This document shows positions 19,678 through 29,372 of a stretch of 64,000 nt of DNA, piece by piece. Source of the stretch: Chloroflexota bacterium (lineage in GTDB: Bacteria; Chloroflexota; UBA11872; VXOZ01); NCBI GenBank assembly GCA_963663275.1, contig OY760183.1, positions 1,728,001-1,792,000 on the forward strand, in the 5' to 3' direction. The translations under genes were made by a program, and so were the position numbers. Positions within the stretch are counted from its first letter, which is position 1; the number at the start of each line of letters is the position of its first letter. The notes below the pieces were generated by a model. It ran no database searches. It worked only from the letters and a program-made list of their open reading frames with translations, and had not been told where the DNA came from.

Positions 19678-20385
19678 ATGGATGCACGCACGATCTTGAT
19701 TGGCAGCGGCACGGCGGGCACGGGAGAAGCCGTCATAGGGGCGTTTCTCCAGGCGGGCTATCGCGTGGCGGCCACGAGCCGGGACCTTGACCGGCTACAG
19801 CCGATCTTGAGTAGCATTCCTCAAGGCGATGCCGTGCTCGGCATAGAGGCCGATCTTTTGCGGCCGGATGACGCCGCGAGCGCGGTGGCGCGGGCGCGCG
19901 ACGCCTTTGGCCGTCTGGACGCGGTTACGCTGCTCTCCGGCGGTTTCGCGCAGCGCGAGGCGGCGCAGACCACGCTGTCAGACCTCCAGCAGCAGATCGA
20001 AGCGAACCTCTACACAACCTACAATCTCGTCCGCGCGGCGCTGCCGGTGATGCTGGCGCAGGGGCAGGGACACATCATTACAATCGCCGGCGGCAGCGCG
20101 TTGGATCCGGCGCCGGGGCGGGCGCTCTTCGGCGCGAGCAAGGCGGCGGTGGTCACGTTCACCAAGGGCGTGGCCCGCGACTACAAGCAGCGCGGCATCG
20201 TGCCTACCTGCCTCGTGGCCGGCACGATCGCGACCGCCGAGGCGGAGGAATACCTGGATGAGGAAGACCTGCGAAATGCGGTTAGTCTCGAGGAGTTCGC
20301 CGACGCGCTGGTTTTCCTCGCCTCGCCGGAGGCGACGGGTTTTGCTGGCAGCATCCTGGAACTCTACGCGCGCGAGGTTGATTAA
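19678..20385 (+). CDS. SDR-family oxidoreductase (atypical, F for catalytic Y)
   Basis: GTAGTG Rossmann motif, FGRLD, FGASK. Confidence 0.8.
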   Translation: MDARTILIGSGTAGTGEAVIGAFLQAGYRVAATSRDLDRLQPILSSIPQGDAVLGIEADLLRPDDAASAVARARDAFGRLDAVTLLSGGFAQREAAQTTLSDLQQQIEANLYTTYNLVRAALPVMLAQGQGHIITIAGGSALDPAPGRALFGASKAAVVTFTKGVARDYKQRGIVPTCLVAGTIATAEAEEYLDEEDLRNAVSLEEFADALVFLASPEATGFAGSILELYAREVD

Positions 20386-20699
20386 GCGCATTGTCGAAGA
20401 TGGTGTGTGCCTTTGATGCCAAGAGGCGGGGGACAAGCCCCCGCGCTACGCTAGTGGGTGTCAGTCACGCCAAGAGGCGGGGGGCAAGCCCCCGCGCTAC
20501 GGTGAAGTGACGGTATAGCGGTTGAGGCCCACGTTCCGCTGTAGATTCCTCGCTGCGCTCGGAATGACATGAAGTGTCAACACAGCTTGGGCGTGATTGC
20601 CGTTTCGCGGTGGCAGTTGTGTGATTGCGGTTTCGCGGGCGTGGTTGGTAGTATGGTAATTAGAGGCGCGGCGGAAAACGGAGCCAGGAGTCCATAAAT

Positions 20700-21008
20700 A
20701 TGGCTGTAGTTGGTGAGGACATCATTCGCGAAGGCCTGAAGGAAGTCATCGACCCCGAATTGGGCGTCAATATCGTGGACTTGGGCCTTATCTATGAAAT
20801 CGAAACGGCCGACGACAACAACGTGCAGATCAAGATGACGCTCACGTTCCCCGGCTGCCCGGCCGGGCCGTACATCATCGCCCAGGTGCACCAGGTGGTG
20901 GAAGACCTGGAGGGCGTGGAGGACGTGGACGTGGAAATCGTCTGGGATCCGGCGTGGTCGCCGGAGATGATGTCCGAAGAAATTCGCATGGAATACGGGT
21001 ATATGTAG
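20700..21008 (+). CDS. SufT/DUF59 metal-sulfur cluster assembly factor
   Basis: VIDPELGVNIVDLGLIY, MTLTFPGCP and WDPAWS motifs. Confidence 0.9.
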   Translation: MAVVGEDIIREGLKEVIDPELGVNIVDLGLIYEIETADDNNVQIKMTLTFPGCPAGPYIIAQVHQVVEDLEGVEDVDVEIVWDPAWSPEMMSEEIRMEYGYM

Positions 21009-21155
21009 GCCCGCGGCCCTTGCACGCGGCTTACGCGGCCCTTGGGACTATGCACAGCCGCCGGATGAAAAGCGTGAGCGCTCGTCCGGCGGCTGTCGCG
21101 TGTCCCATGCCTGACGCGGCGCATGGGCGCGCAACCTATAGGAAAGCGCGGGCGC

Positions 21156-22289
21156 ATGGCTGAAGACGTTGGGCTCATCATCTTCGCGGGCAAGGAAGGC
21201 CCCAGCGCGCTCGAGGGCCTCGTTTACGAGAGTCACCGCGCCATCGCGCGCGATCTCATCGAGAAAGCGCAGGCGGCGGGCGGGTTTGCGCCAGTCGTCG
21301 TGGCGGCGGCGCGGCCCGAATCTTTCAGCGGCATTTCCGCCGGCGTCATCGTCGAGGCCACCGACCCGACGGGCGGCTTCCACTTTGGCCGCACGTTGGC
21401 CGACATCGTTGCCCGCCACCGGCTCGAGCGGGTGCTCTATATCGGCGGCGGCAGCGGGCCGCTGCTCTCCGTTGCTGAACTCGCCGCCTTGCGAGATGTC
21501 GTTGCGCGGCTCGACCATGGCGTGACCGCCAACAATTTCTTCTCCGCGGACTTCATCGGCTTTCATCCGGGCAGCGCGCTCACGGCGGTCGAACTGCCTC
21601 CCAAGCGCGACAACGGCCTGGCGCGCCGGTTAGCGCAGGACGCCGGCCTGGCGCACGACCCGCTGGAACCCACCATCGCGGGAATATTCGACATAGACAC
21701 CCCCACCGACCTTGCCATGCTGGCGCTCCATCCCCTCTGCGGCCCGGCCGCGCGGGCGTACGTGGAAGAGGAAGCGGTCGCGCGGCAATTGGCCCCACTC
21801 AGCGCGCGTCTGCGTGAGGCGATGCCGACCTTCGTGCGGCCCGATGAGGAGCTTATTCTCGCCGGCCGGGTCAGCGCGCAACTCTGGCCGTTGCTGCGGC
21901 GCGACCTAGCCTGCCGCATCCGCGTCTTTTCCGAAGAGCGCGGCATGAGCGCCAGCGACCGGCCGGTGCGTTCGTTGCTCGGCTTTTTCCTAGAGGAAGT
22001 TGGGCCGGCGGCGTTCTTCGAGGCCTTCCGCCAGATGGGCGACGCGCTCTTTCTGGATACGCGGGTGCTTTACGCCCACGGCGGTCGCCCGGTCAGCGGG
22101 CGCGATCGCTTTGCCGCCGATATGGGGTTGACGGGCGCAATTGGCGATAAGGCCGTACGCGCGTTGGCCGCGGCGGCGTGGGACGCCGGTTTTCCGGTTA
22201 TCCTGGGCGGCAACGCGGCGGTGAGCGGCGGTTTGTGGGCGCTGGCGGACGCCGCGTGGCGGCTGCACGACGACGGCGCGCTGCTGTGA
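21156..22289 (+). CDS. conserved protein with CofC/GT-A-like N-terminal domain
   Basis: FHFGRTL and FDIDTPTDL motifs; C-terminal FSEERGM / DTRVL domain of unknown function. Confidence 0.6.
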   Translation: MAEDVGLIIFAGKEGPSALEGLVYESHRAIARDLIEKAQAAGGFAPVVVAAARPESFSGISAGVIVEATDPTGGFHFGRTLADIVARHRLERVLYIGGGSGPLLSVAELAALRDVVARLDHGVTANNFFSADFIGFHPGSALTAVELPPKRDNGLARRLAQDAGLAHDPLEPTIAGIFDIDTPTDLAMLALHPLCGPAARAYVEEEAVARQLAPLSARLREAMPTFVRPDEELILAGRVSAQLWPLLRRDLACRIRVFSEERGMSASDRPVRSLLGFFLEEVGPAAFFEAFRQMGDALFLDTRVLYAHGGRPVSGRDRFAADMGLTGAIGDKAVRALAAAAWDAGFPVILGGNAAVSGGLWALADAAWRLHDDGALL

Positions 22290-22400
22290 GAGACGTCTAC
22301 GCAACGCCGGGCAGCCGCGCCCGCGTCGGCCAATATGCGCTATGATGGGGATGCGGCCCGCGCGGTCCGCGTGGGCCTGTCACGGTGAGGATTCGTCAAC

Positions 22401-22757
22401 ATGGCAAAGAAGACACGTACCAAGAAACCGCAAAACGGGGACGGCTTGGAGGAAGAACTCAAGCTGGCGGTTACGGCGCGGCGGGAGTTGGGCGAGCAGT
22501 ATGAGGACGAAGTGGTGGAGGCCCTTGCCGAGCGCATCGAGGCGCACATCGACGCGCGGGTGCAGGCCGCCCTGGGCAAGTCGCGCAAGCAGTCGAAGTC
22601 GGACGCGAAGTCGTTTCTGGCCGTGGCCATGCCGACGATGGGCATTGGCATTCCGTTGCTTGCGATCGGGGCCGGTGTGGCCGGCGCGGGCGGCTTCTAC
22701 GCGGTGCTGGGGATGATCTTTGTCATCAACCTGGCGTGGATTGCGCGTTCGCGGTAG
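22401..22757 (+). CDS. hypothetical membrane protein
   Basis: ARRELGEQYE helical region plus two C-terminal TM helices; SD GAGG. Confidence 0.65.
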   Translation: MAKKTRTKKPQNGDGLEEELKLAVTARRELGEQYEDEVVEALAERIEAHIDARVQAALGKSRKQSKSDAKSFLAVAMPTMGIGIPLLAIGAGVAGAGGFYAVLGMIFVINLAWIARSR

Positions 22758-22795
22758 CGGCGTATCACCCTCACCCTAACCCTCTCCCCCAGGGA

Positions 22796-22943
22796 GCTGA
22801 CAGGGGTAGGCATTCTACATCCGACTTCACGTGTCATTCCGAGCGGAGCGCAGCGGAGAGAGGAATCTAAGGCTTTCGCTGCAAAAACGTCGGTTCTAGA
22901 TTCCTCGCTCCGCTCGGAATGACACTTGCCTACCCCTGTCAGC
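22796..22943. mobile_element. 148-bp MITE-like element, copy 2
   Basis: Perfect 17-bp TIR GCTGACAGGGGTAGGCA; exact direct repeat CCCCAGGGA on both sides; interrupts a CCCTCTCCC..GGGAGAG palindrome. Confidence 0.88.
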
Positions 22944-23019
22944 CCCCAGGGAGAGAGGACTTGCAGGCACGTGACGCCGGCCCGATTCCCAGGGAGAGGG
23001 GACGTGCGGCCGCGTGACC

Positions 23020-23880
23020 CTATCCGTCTCCGGAGGGAGAGGGCGCCTGCGACCACATGCGGTGCAGGATGGCTGCGCCGACCAGCAGCAGGGCGACGCC
23101 GGTGAGCGTGAACCACCAAGGCTGGTGCGCGTGCACGCCTTCTTCCCAGGCGTTGAAGCCTTGGATCTCCGCTTCCAGAACGTCGGCGGCAACGACCACC
23201 ATGCCGTTATTCAGCGCGTGGCCGAGCAGCGCCGGCAGAATCGAGCCTGTGCGCACCGTCCACCAGCCAAAGGCGAGGCCGAGCAGGAACGCGCCCACGA
23301 ACTGCCAGGGGTTCAGGTGGATTGCGCCAAAGAGCAACGCCGTGCCGAATATGGCCCAGCCGGCGCCGTAGTTGCGCGCGAAGCCGTGGAGCAGGATGCC
23401 GCGAAAGAGCGGCTCTTCGGTGAGCGGGGCGATCACGACCAGCACGATGAACGTGCCCAAAGCGAAACCCTGGCCCAGGCCAAGTTCGGACAGCATCTCC
23501 GTGAACCAGTCCGGCACCGGCAGGAAGCGCTGCAAGACGTTGTCGAGTTCGGAGATGACGATGATGAGCCCCAGCGTCATGGCAAGCATCGGCGGGACCT
23601 GGATGAGCGGAAAGCCGCGCAGATAGAACAAGCGCCGGGCCGGCACGCGCGACCACGCCGCGCCCAGGATGCAGGTAGCGCCGAAGGTGGCAACGCTCAC
23701 GATGGCGAGCATGGCGGCCATTTCGGGCATAGACATGGATTGCAGGGCGAGGTACGCGCCCACGACGGCGCTCGCGCCCACTTGCAGCAGCATGAGCAGT
23801 CCCAGCAGCAGCAGCGCCTGCCGGATGATGGGAAAGGCGCGGGTTCGCGTGTGGCCGTTCTCAGGATTTGATGCGGTCAT
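23020..23880 (-). CDS. CPBP (Abi/CAAX) intramembrane metalloprotease
   Basis: EEPLFRG, FGAIH and GHALNN motifs; multiple TMs. Confidence 0.9.
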   Translation of the reverse strand: MTASNPENGHTRTRAFPIIRQALLLLGLLMLLQVGASAVVGAYLALQSMSMPEMAAMLAIVSVATFGATCILGAAWSRVPARRLFYLRGFPLIQVPPMLAMTLGLIIVISELDNVLQRFLPVPDWFTEMLSELGLGQGFALGTFIVLVVIAPLTEEPLFRGILLHGFARNYGAGWAIFGTALLFGAIHLNPWQFVGAFLLGLAFGWWTVRTGSILPALLGHALNNGMVVVAADVLEAEIQGFNAWEEGVHAHQPWWFTLTGVALLLVGAAILHRMWSQAPSPSGDG

Positions 23881-24223
23881 TGCCCTGTACAGCGGGTCTT
23901 CCGCGCGGGTTGGCGCGAGTGTGCCGGAGGTCGTAAGACAACGTTGCTTTACGGGTCCAGTATAGCACCGCCGGTCGCGGGGGCATTCGCGCTGTGGGTG
24001 CGTAGACGCTACAATAAAGGGCAGTGTGTTTCGTTGCCAAGAGCGCTTCGACGGGCTCAGCGCGAACGGGTAGTTGGGTGGAGGGCGTGCGAGGGGTGGC
24101 GCTTCGACGGGCTCAGCGCGAACGGGTTGTTGGGTGGCGGGCGTGTGGACGGCGGCGATAGAGGCCAGCGTAAGGCGATAGCGGAACGGTAGCAGAAGGA
24201 TAGCAGACACGGTGAGTGTAGAG

Positions 24224-25048
24224 ATGAAGATGTCAATTGCAGAGCTTGAGGAGCAGGCGCGCGTCATACGGCGCGACATCATTACGTGCACCACGATTGC
24301 CGGCTCGGGGCACCCGTCGAGTTCGCTTTCCGGTGTGGAAATCATGGCGGCGCTCTATTTCGGCGGCATCATGCAGTATGATCCCGCGGCGCCGCAGTGG
24401 GAAGACCGGGACCGGTTGATCATGAGCAAGGGTCACGCCAGCCCGTTGCTGTACGTCGTCCTGGCGCACGCCGGGTACTTTTCCACGGACATGCTGCCCA
24501 CGCTGCGGCAGATCGAGAGCCCGCTGGAGGGGCATCCCAACATGACCCGCCTGGCCGGCGTGGAAGCCAGCACCGGCTCGTTGGGCCAGGGTCTTTCGAT
24601 TGGACTGGGCCACGCCTTTGCCGCGCGGCTGGAGCAGAAGGACTTTCACGTGTTCGTCATCCTGGGCGACGGCGAGCAGGACGAAGGGCAGATCTGGGAG
24701 GCCGCCATGACCGCGGCCCATTACAAGCTGGACAACGTGACGGCCATCGTGGACCACAACAAGGCCCAGCAGACCGGCTGGGTGCGCGACGTGATGGATT
24801 ACGCGCCGCTGGCCGAAAAGTGGCGGGCGTTCCAGTGGGACGTGCAGGAGATCGACGGACACGACATGGAGACGGTGGCAACCGCGCTGCAACGGGCCAA
24901 GGCCGTGGAGGGCCGCCCCTCGTGCATCATCGCGCACACCGTGAAGGGCAAGGGCGTCTCGTTCGTGGAAGCGGACTACGGGTATCACGGCAAGTCGCTC
25001 ACCAAGGAAGAAGAGCGGCGCGCCCTGGAGGAACTGGGATGGCAGTAA
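24224..25048 (+). CDS. transketolase, N-terminal (TPP-binding) subunit
   Basis: SKGHASP, STGSLGQG, GDGEQDEG and HTVKGKG motifs; start could be GTG 24212. Confidence 0.93.
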   Translation: MKMSIAELEEQARVIRRDIITCTTIAGSGHPSSSLSGVEIMAALYFGGIMQYDPAAPQWEDRDRLIMSKGHASPLLYVVLAHAGYFSTDMLPTLRQIESPLEGHPNMTRLAGVEASTGSLGQGLSIGLGHAFAARLEQKDFHVFVILGDGEQDEGQIWEAAMTAAHYKLDNVTAIVDHNKAQQTGWVRDVMDYAPLAEKWRAFQWDVQEIDGHDMETVATALQRAKAVEGRPSCIIAHTVKGKGVSFVEADYGYHGKSLTKEEERRALEELGWQ

Positions 25049-25992
25049 CACCTGAACTCGAACTGACAATGGGCAAGGCCACCCGCGACGCGTTCGGCGC
25101 GGCGCTGCGCGAGGCCGGCCGCGCGAATCCGGATATCGTGGTGGTGGACGGCGACGTGCACAACTCGACCCGCACCGAGTGGTTCGCGCAGGAGTTTCCG
25201 GAGCGCTTCATCAACGTGGGCATTGCGGAATCGAACCTGGTGGGCATCGGCGCGGGCCTGGCGGCCTGCGGCAAACTGCCGGTGATTGCCAGCTTTGCCT
25301 GCTTCATCATGTGCAACGGCTACGACCAGTTGCGCATGTCGATCGCCTTTCCCAATCTGAACGTCAAGGTGGTGGGCAGCCACGCCGGCATCAGCATCGG
25401 CGAGGACGGCCCGTCGCAGATGGCAATCGAGGACGTTGCCCTGGCGTTGGGCCTGCCGACCTTTACGGTGATCGTGCCCGCCGACGAGCCGTCCACCCAC
25501 AAAGCGGTGGCGGCCATGCTGGAAACGGAAGGCCCGGCCTACATGCGCGTGGGCCGTCCCGACGTGCCGGTGGTCTACGGCGACGACGCGCCCTTCACGT
25601 TGGGCGCGGCCAACGAACTGCGCGGCGGCAACGACGTAACGCTCGTTGCCAACGGCATCATGGTGGCGGCCGCGTTGGAAGCGGCCCAGACGCTGGCCTC
25701 TGAGGGCGTGCAGGCGCGGGTGCTGGACGTGCACACCGTGCGGCCGCTGGACGTGGAGGCGATTGCGCGGGCGGCGCGCGAAACGGGCAAGATCGTGGTG
25801 GCGGAAGAACACCTGGTGCACGGCGGGCTGGGCAGCATGGTCGCCATGGCGGTGGCCGAGCATGCCCCGTGCCGGATGGCGTTCGTGGGCGTGCAGGATA
25901 CGTACGCCGAGTCCGGCGCGCCGGACGAATTGCTCAAGAAGTATGGCTTGACTGCGGAGCACGTCGCGGACAAGGCCCGCGGCCTGTTGTAG
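25039..25992 (+). CDS. transketolase, C-terminal subunit
   Basis: NVGIAESN, GEDGPSQ and EEHLVHGGLG motifs; overlaps the upstream stop. Confidence 0.93.
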   Translation: MAVTPELELTMGKATRDAFGAALREAGRANPDIVVVDGDVHNSTRTEWFAQEFPERFINVGIAESNLVGIGAGLAACGKLPVIASFACFIMCNGYDQLRMSIAFPNLNVKVVGSHAGISIGEDGPSQMAIEDVALALGLPTFTVIVPADEPSTHKAVAAMLETEGPAYMRVGRPDVPVVYGDDAPFTLGAANELRGGNDVTLVANGIMVAAALEAAQTLASEGVQARVLDVHTVRPLDVEAIARAARETGKIVVAEEHLVHGGLGSMVAMAVAEHAPCRMAFVGVQDTYAESGAPDELLKKYGLTAEHVADKARGLL

Positions 25993-26240
25993 CGGCCTGG
26001 CGGCGGCCCGGGCCGCCGCTTGTATTCTGCCGCCGTACAAGGCATGATAGAAGGTAGCTTTCCTGCTTCCGATTAGCCAACACGGTGTGTGTTGCACTGT
26101 GCTGAACCATCCCCCTTTTTCCTCTCCCCCGGTTCCAGCGCAGACGATGGTGCGCACAGCTTTGATCCAGAGAGAATTTTGCTATGCGCCTGACGCGCAG
26201 GCGGTAGCGAACGGCATTGTGTAGAGGAGGAGTGTCAACA

Positions 26241-27059
26241 GTGGAAACGAGCGTTAGGCGCTATTGGCGCACGTTGCTGGCGCTGGGACTGGCGCTGATG
26301 GTGACGGGGTGCATCCCGTTTGTGGGGGATAGCGAGGATGAAGCAACGCCAACTCCCGACGTAATCCCGACGGTAATCCGTCCGGGAGCGACGGCAACGC
26401 CGTCGATAGCGCCGCCGGCCTCACCGGTGCCGACGCTCGTGCCGTTGCCTACCCAGGCGCCGCAGACCGCCGCGACCGCGCCGGCCGCGTGTACGCCGCG
26501 CGCCGATTGGCCGGAATACACGGTGCAGTCGGGCGAATCGCTCTACGGTATCGCGCTGCGCACCGATACGACCACGGCCGCGCTACAGTCGGCGAACTGC
26601 CTGGACGATCCCGACAAGATCTTCGAGGGCCAGAAACTGCGCGTGCCTACCGTTCCGTCCGCGCCGACGCCGGCGGCGACCGCCGCGCCCGGCGCGACGC
26701 CGGGGACGTTCTTCCCCACGCCTACGGCCGCAGCGCCGGCTGAGGTGGAGTTCACGTTTGTCATCGCCAACGACTCGGCGGCGCCGGGCATTGAGAACCA
26801 ATATGACGCGCTGAAAGACCCGGTCCAAATGAGCATTTTGGCATCGGGTGCGGTTCGGATTGATCTCGTGCGCGTGGGAGATAGCAGCATTTTGGGCACG
26901 GCCGAGGCGTCATCCGGAAACACCTATGCGGGCGGCACCTTCCTGCTGCGCAAGATAGACCAGCTTGAGGGATTTAACTACCTGCTCTTCAGAGTAAAGG
27001 CCACGAAGCCGGATGGGGAGATTGTGGAGAGCAATCCGATTCTGATCAGATTCCCATAG
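26241..27059 (+). CDS. LysM-domain lipoprotein
   Basis: Lipobox VTGC, Pro/Thr-rich linker, YTVQSGESLYGIA..AN..I.EGQKL.VP. Confidence 0.85.
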   Translation: METSVRRYWRTLLALGLALMVTGCIPFVGDSEDEATPTPDVIPTVIRPGATATPSIAPPASPVPTLVPLPTQAPQTAATAPAACTPRADWPEYTVQSGESLYGIALRTDTTTAALQSANCLDDPDKIFEGQKLRVPTVPSAPTPAATAAPGATPGTFFPTPTAAAPAEVEFTFVIANDSAAPGIENQYDALKDPVQMSILASGAVRIDLVRVGDSSILGTAEASSGNTYAGGTFLLRKIDQLEGFNYLLFRVKATKPDGEIVESNPILIRFP

Positions 27060-27380
27060 GCGGGGGCGCCTTAACGCGCAAGAGCGGAGCCTGCCTGCGC
27101 TCTCCTTAGCGGGTTCCTTGGGCTTCTTTGCGCGGTTACACAATCCTTGAAACGCAATTGCAACGCCGTAGGGGCACGACATGTCGTGCCCCTACGGCGT
27201 TGTGGACATGAATGCGGCCGTGTCCCCGCGGCGTTGCGGTGATGACCGCGGCCGTACACGCTGAAGGCGGCGCCGCGTCCCGGTACCGGCGCGTTCTGCT
27301 ACACTGGGGATACCTTTCCAAACCCTAATGGCGTCGATTTGCCTTACGATTAACGCGACTGCGGAGCGAAAACAGGAATC

Positions 27381-29123
27381 ATGAGACGTTCAACCTTACT
27401 CTGTGAAACCCTGCGGGACGATCCCGCGGAAGCGGACGTGCCCAACCACAAGCTGCTGGTGCGCGGCTGCTACATCCGGCAACTAGCCTCCGGCATCTAC
27501 AGCCTGCTGCCGCTGGGCGCGCGGGTGGCGGCCAAGATCGAACAGGTGCTGCGCGCGGAGATGGACGCCATCGGCGGGCAGGAACTCATCATGCCGGTGG
27601 TGCAGCCCGCCGAGATCTGGCAGCAGTCGCGCCGGTGGTACGACATCGGCGACGACCTGGTGCGGCTGAAAGACCGGGCCGACCACGACCTGGTGCTGGC
27701 GATGACCCACGAGGAGGTGATCACCAGTCTCATCGGCTACAATGTCCACTCCTACCGCCAACTGCCGGTGATGCTCTACCAGATCCAGACGAAGTTCCGC
27801 GATGAGCCGCGCCCCCGCGCCGGGGCGATTCGGCTGCGCGAGTTTACGATGAAAGACGCCTACAGCGCCCACGTCTCCCAGGAGGACCTGGACAGTTACT
27901 ATCCGGAGGTGTACCAGGCCTATTTCAACATCTTCCGCCGCTGCGGGCTGGAGGTGATGGCGGTGGATTCCGACGTGGGCATGATGGGCGGCACCATGGC
28001 GCACGAGTTCATGTCGCTGACGCCGGTGGGGGAGGATACGCTGGCGCTCTGCGACGCCTGCGGCCTGAGCGCGAACCGGCAGATTGCGACCTTTCGCAAG
28101 GACGTAATCGACGGCGGCGCGCCGCAACCGCTGGAGGAAGTCGCGACGCCGGATACCAAGACGATCGCCGACCTGGCGATATTGCTGGACGTGCCTGAGG
28201 CCAGCACGGCGAAGGCCGCTTTCTTCATGGGCGACCGGGGCCTGATCTTCGCGGTGGTGCGTGGCGACATGGAGGTGAACGAGACCAAGCTGGTGAACGC
28301 CACGAAATCGACGGCGGTGCGGCCCGCTACCGATGCGGAACTGAGGGAATACGGGATTGTGGCGGGGTACGCCTCGCCGATTGGCGTGACCGGCGCGCAG
28401 GTGGTGGTGGATGACCTAGCGGCGGAGTCGACGAACCTGGTGGCCGGCGCGAACAAGGAAGGCTACCATCTGCGCAACGTGAACTACGGCCGCGACTATG
28501 AAGCCGACGTGGTGGCGGATATTGCCAGCGCGTACGAAGGCGCGCCTTGCCCGGATTGCGGCGGGCCGCTGCGCTTGGAGCGCGCGATCGAGGTGGGCAA
28601 CATCTTCAAGCTGGGCACGAAGTACGCGGCGGCGCTCAAGGCCCAGTACCGCGATGAGGCCGGCAAGCAGCATCCGATGGTGATGGGCTGCTACGGCATC
28701 GGCGTGGAACGCTTGATGGCGGCGATTGTGGAAGCCTCGCACGACGAGCGCGGCATCATCTGGCCGGTGGCAGTGGCGCCCTACCACGTCTACCTGGTGG
28801 TCCTGAACCAGAACGACGCGACGGTGATGGAGGCCGCCGAGCGCCTCTACGCCGACCTGGGCGCGGCCGGCATTACCGTGCTCTTCGACGACCGCAACGA
28901 AAGCCCCGGCGTGAAGTTCACCGACGCCGACCTGCTGGGCATGCCGCTGCGCATTACGGTCAGCCGCCGCACGCTGAAGAACGAGTCGATTGAACTCAAG
29001 CTGCGCACGGATAAGGACTTTACCCTGGTGCCGCTGGCGGAAGCGGTCGCGCGGGCGCAGGCGCAGATCGGCGCGCTGCAAGAGGCCATCGACGCGCGGG
29101 TGGTGGCGGAAGCGTTCGCGTAG
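27381..29123 (+). CDS. proS: proline--tRNA ligase
   Basis: THEE, KFRDEPRPR, REFTMKDAYS, EVGNIFKLG and MGCYGIG motifs; INS editing domain. Confidence 0.97.
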   Translation: MRRSTLLCETLRDDPAEADVPNHKLLVRGCYIRQLASGIYSLLPLGARVAAKIEQVLRAEMDAIGGQELIMPVVQPAEIWQQSRRWYDIGDDLVRLKDRADHDLVLAMTHEEVITSLIGYNVHSYRQLPVMLYQIQTKFRDEPRPRAGAIRLREFTMKDAYSAHVSQEDLDSYYPEVYQAYFNIFRRCGLEVMAVDSDVGMMGGTMAHEFMSLTPVGEDTLALCDACGLSANRQIATFRKDVIDGGAPQPLEEVATPDTKTIADLAILLDVPEASTAKAAFFMGDRGLIFAVVRGDMEVNETKLVNATKSTAVRPATDAELREYGIVAGYASPIGVTGAQVVVDDLAAESTNLVAGANKEGYHLRNVNYGRDYEADVVADIASAYEGAPCPDCGGPLRLERAIEVGNIFKLGTKYAAALKAQYRDEAGKQHPMVMGCYGIGVERLMAAIVEASHDERGIIWPVAVAPYHVYLVVLNQNDATVMEAAERLYADLGAAGITVLFDDRNESPGVKFTDADLLGMPLRITVSRRTLKNESIELKLRTDKDFTLVPLAEAVARAQAQIGALQEAIDARVVAEAFA

Positions 29124-29287
29124 AGCGGCGGTTCACCGTCTTGAATGCCCTCTCGCCGTCGCGCTGACGGGTGGGTGTGTTACCCCAATTCGCCGGAGGC
29201 GGCTAGCCTTGTTTTGCTACGTCTTACCTCGTGAGCGGCAAGTTGCGCCGGCGGTGACACTCTATTCCTCCTCAGCACGTCGTCTCC

Positions 29288-29326
29288 TTGCCGTTCATGC
29301 TTCGACGAGCTCAGCACGAACGGCAA
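29288..29326. repeat. CCGTTC..CTTCGAC.AGCTCAGC.CGAACGG palindrome family (also about 925, 12778, 24045, 24101, 37809)
   Basis: Shared (C)TTCGAC(A/G)(A/G)GCTC core, with a GAACGG end in most copies. Confidence 0.8.
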
Positions 29327-29372
29327 TGTGGCGACGGGGCGGCCACACATCGACGATCCAACCGTGGACGCT

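Noticed and set aside
24397-25038. N-terminal extension of the transketolase C subunit
   Set aside because: Off-frame overlap with the N subunit; this is an ordinary split transketolase.
26050-26240. c-di-AMP (ydaO) riboswitch before the LysM gene
   Set aside because: The conserved GGGGGA..CCA and GGGGTGAATC elements are absent; kept only as an unknown structured leader.
27200-27380. T-box leader upstream of proS
   Set aside because: No GGTGGNACCGCG T-box motif or terminator visible.
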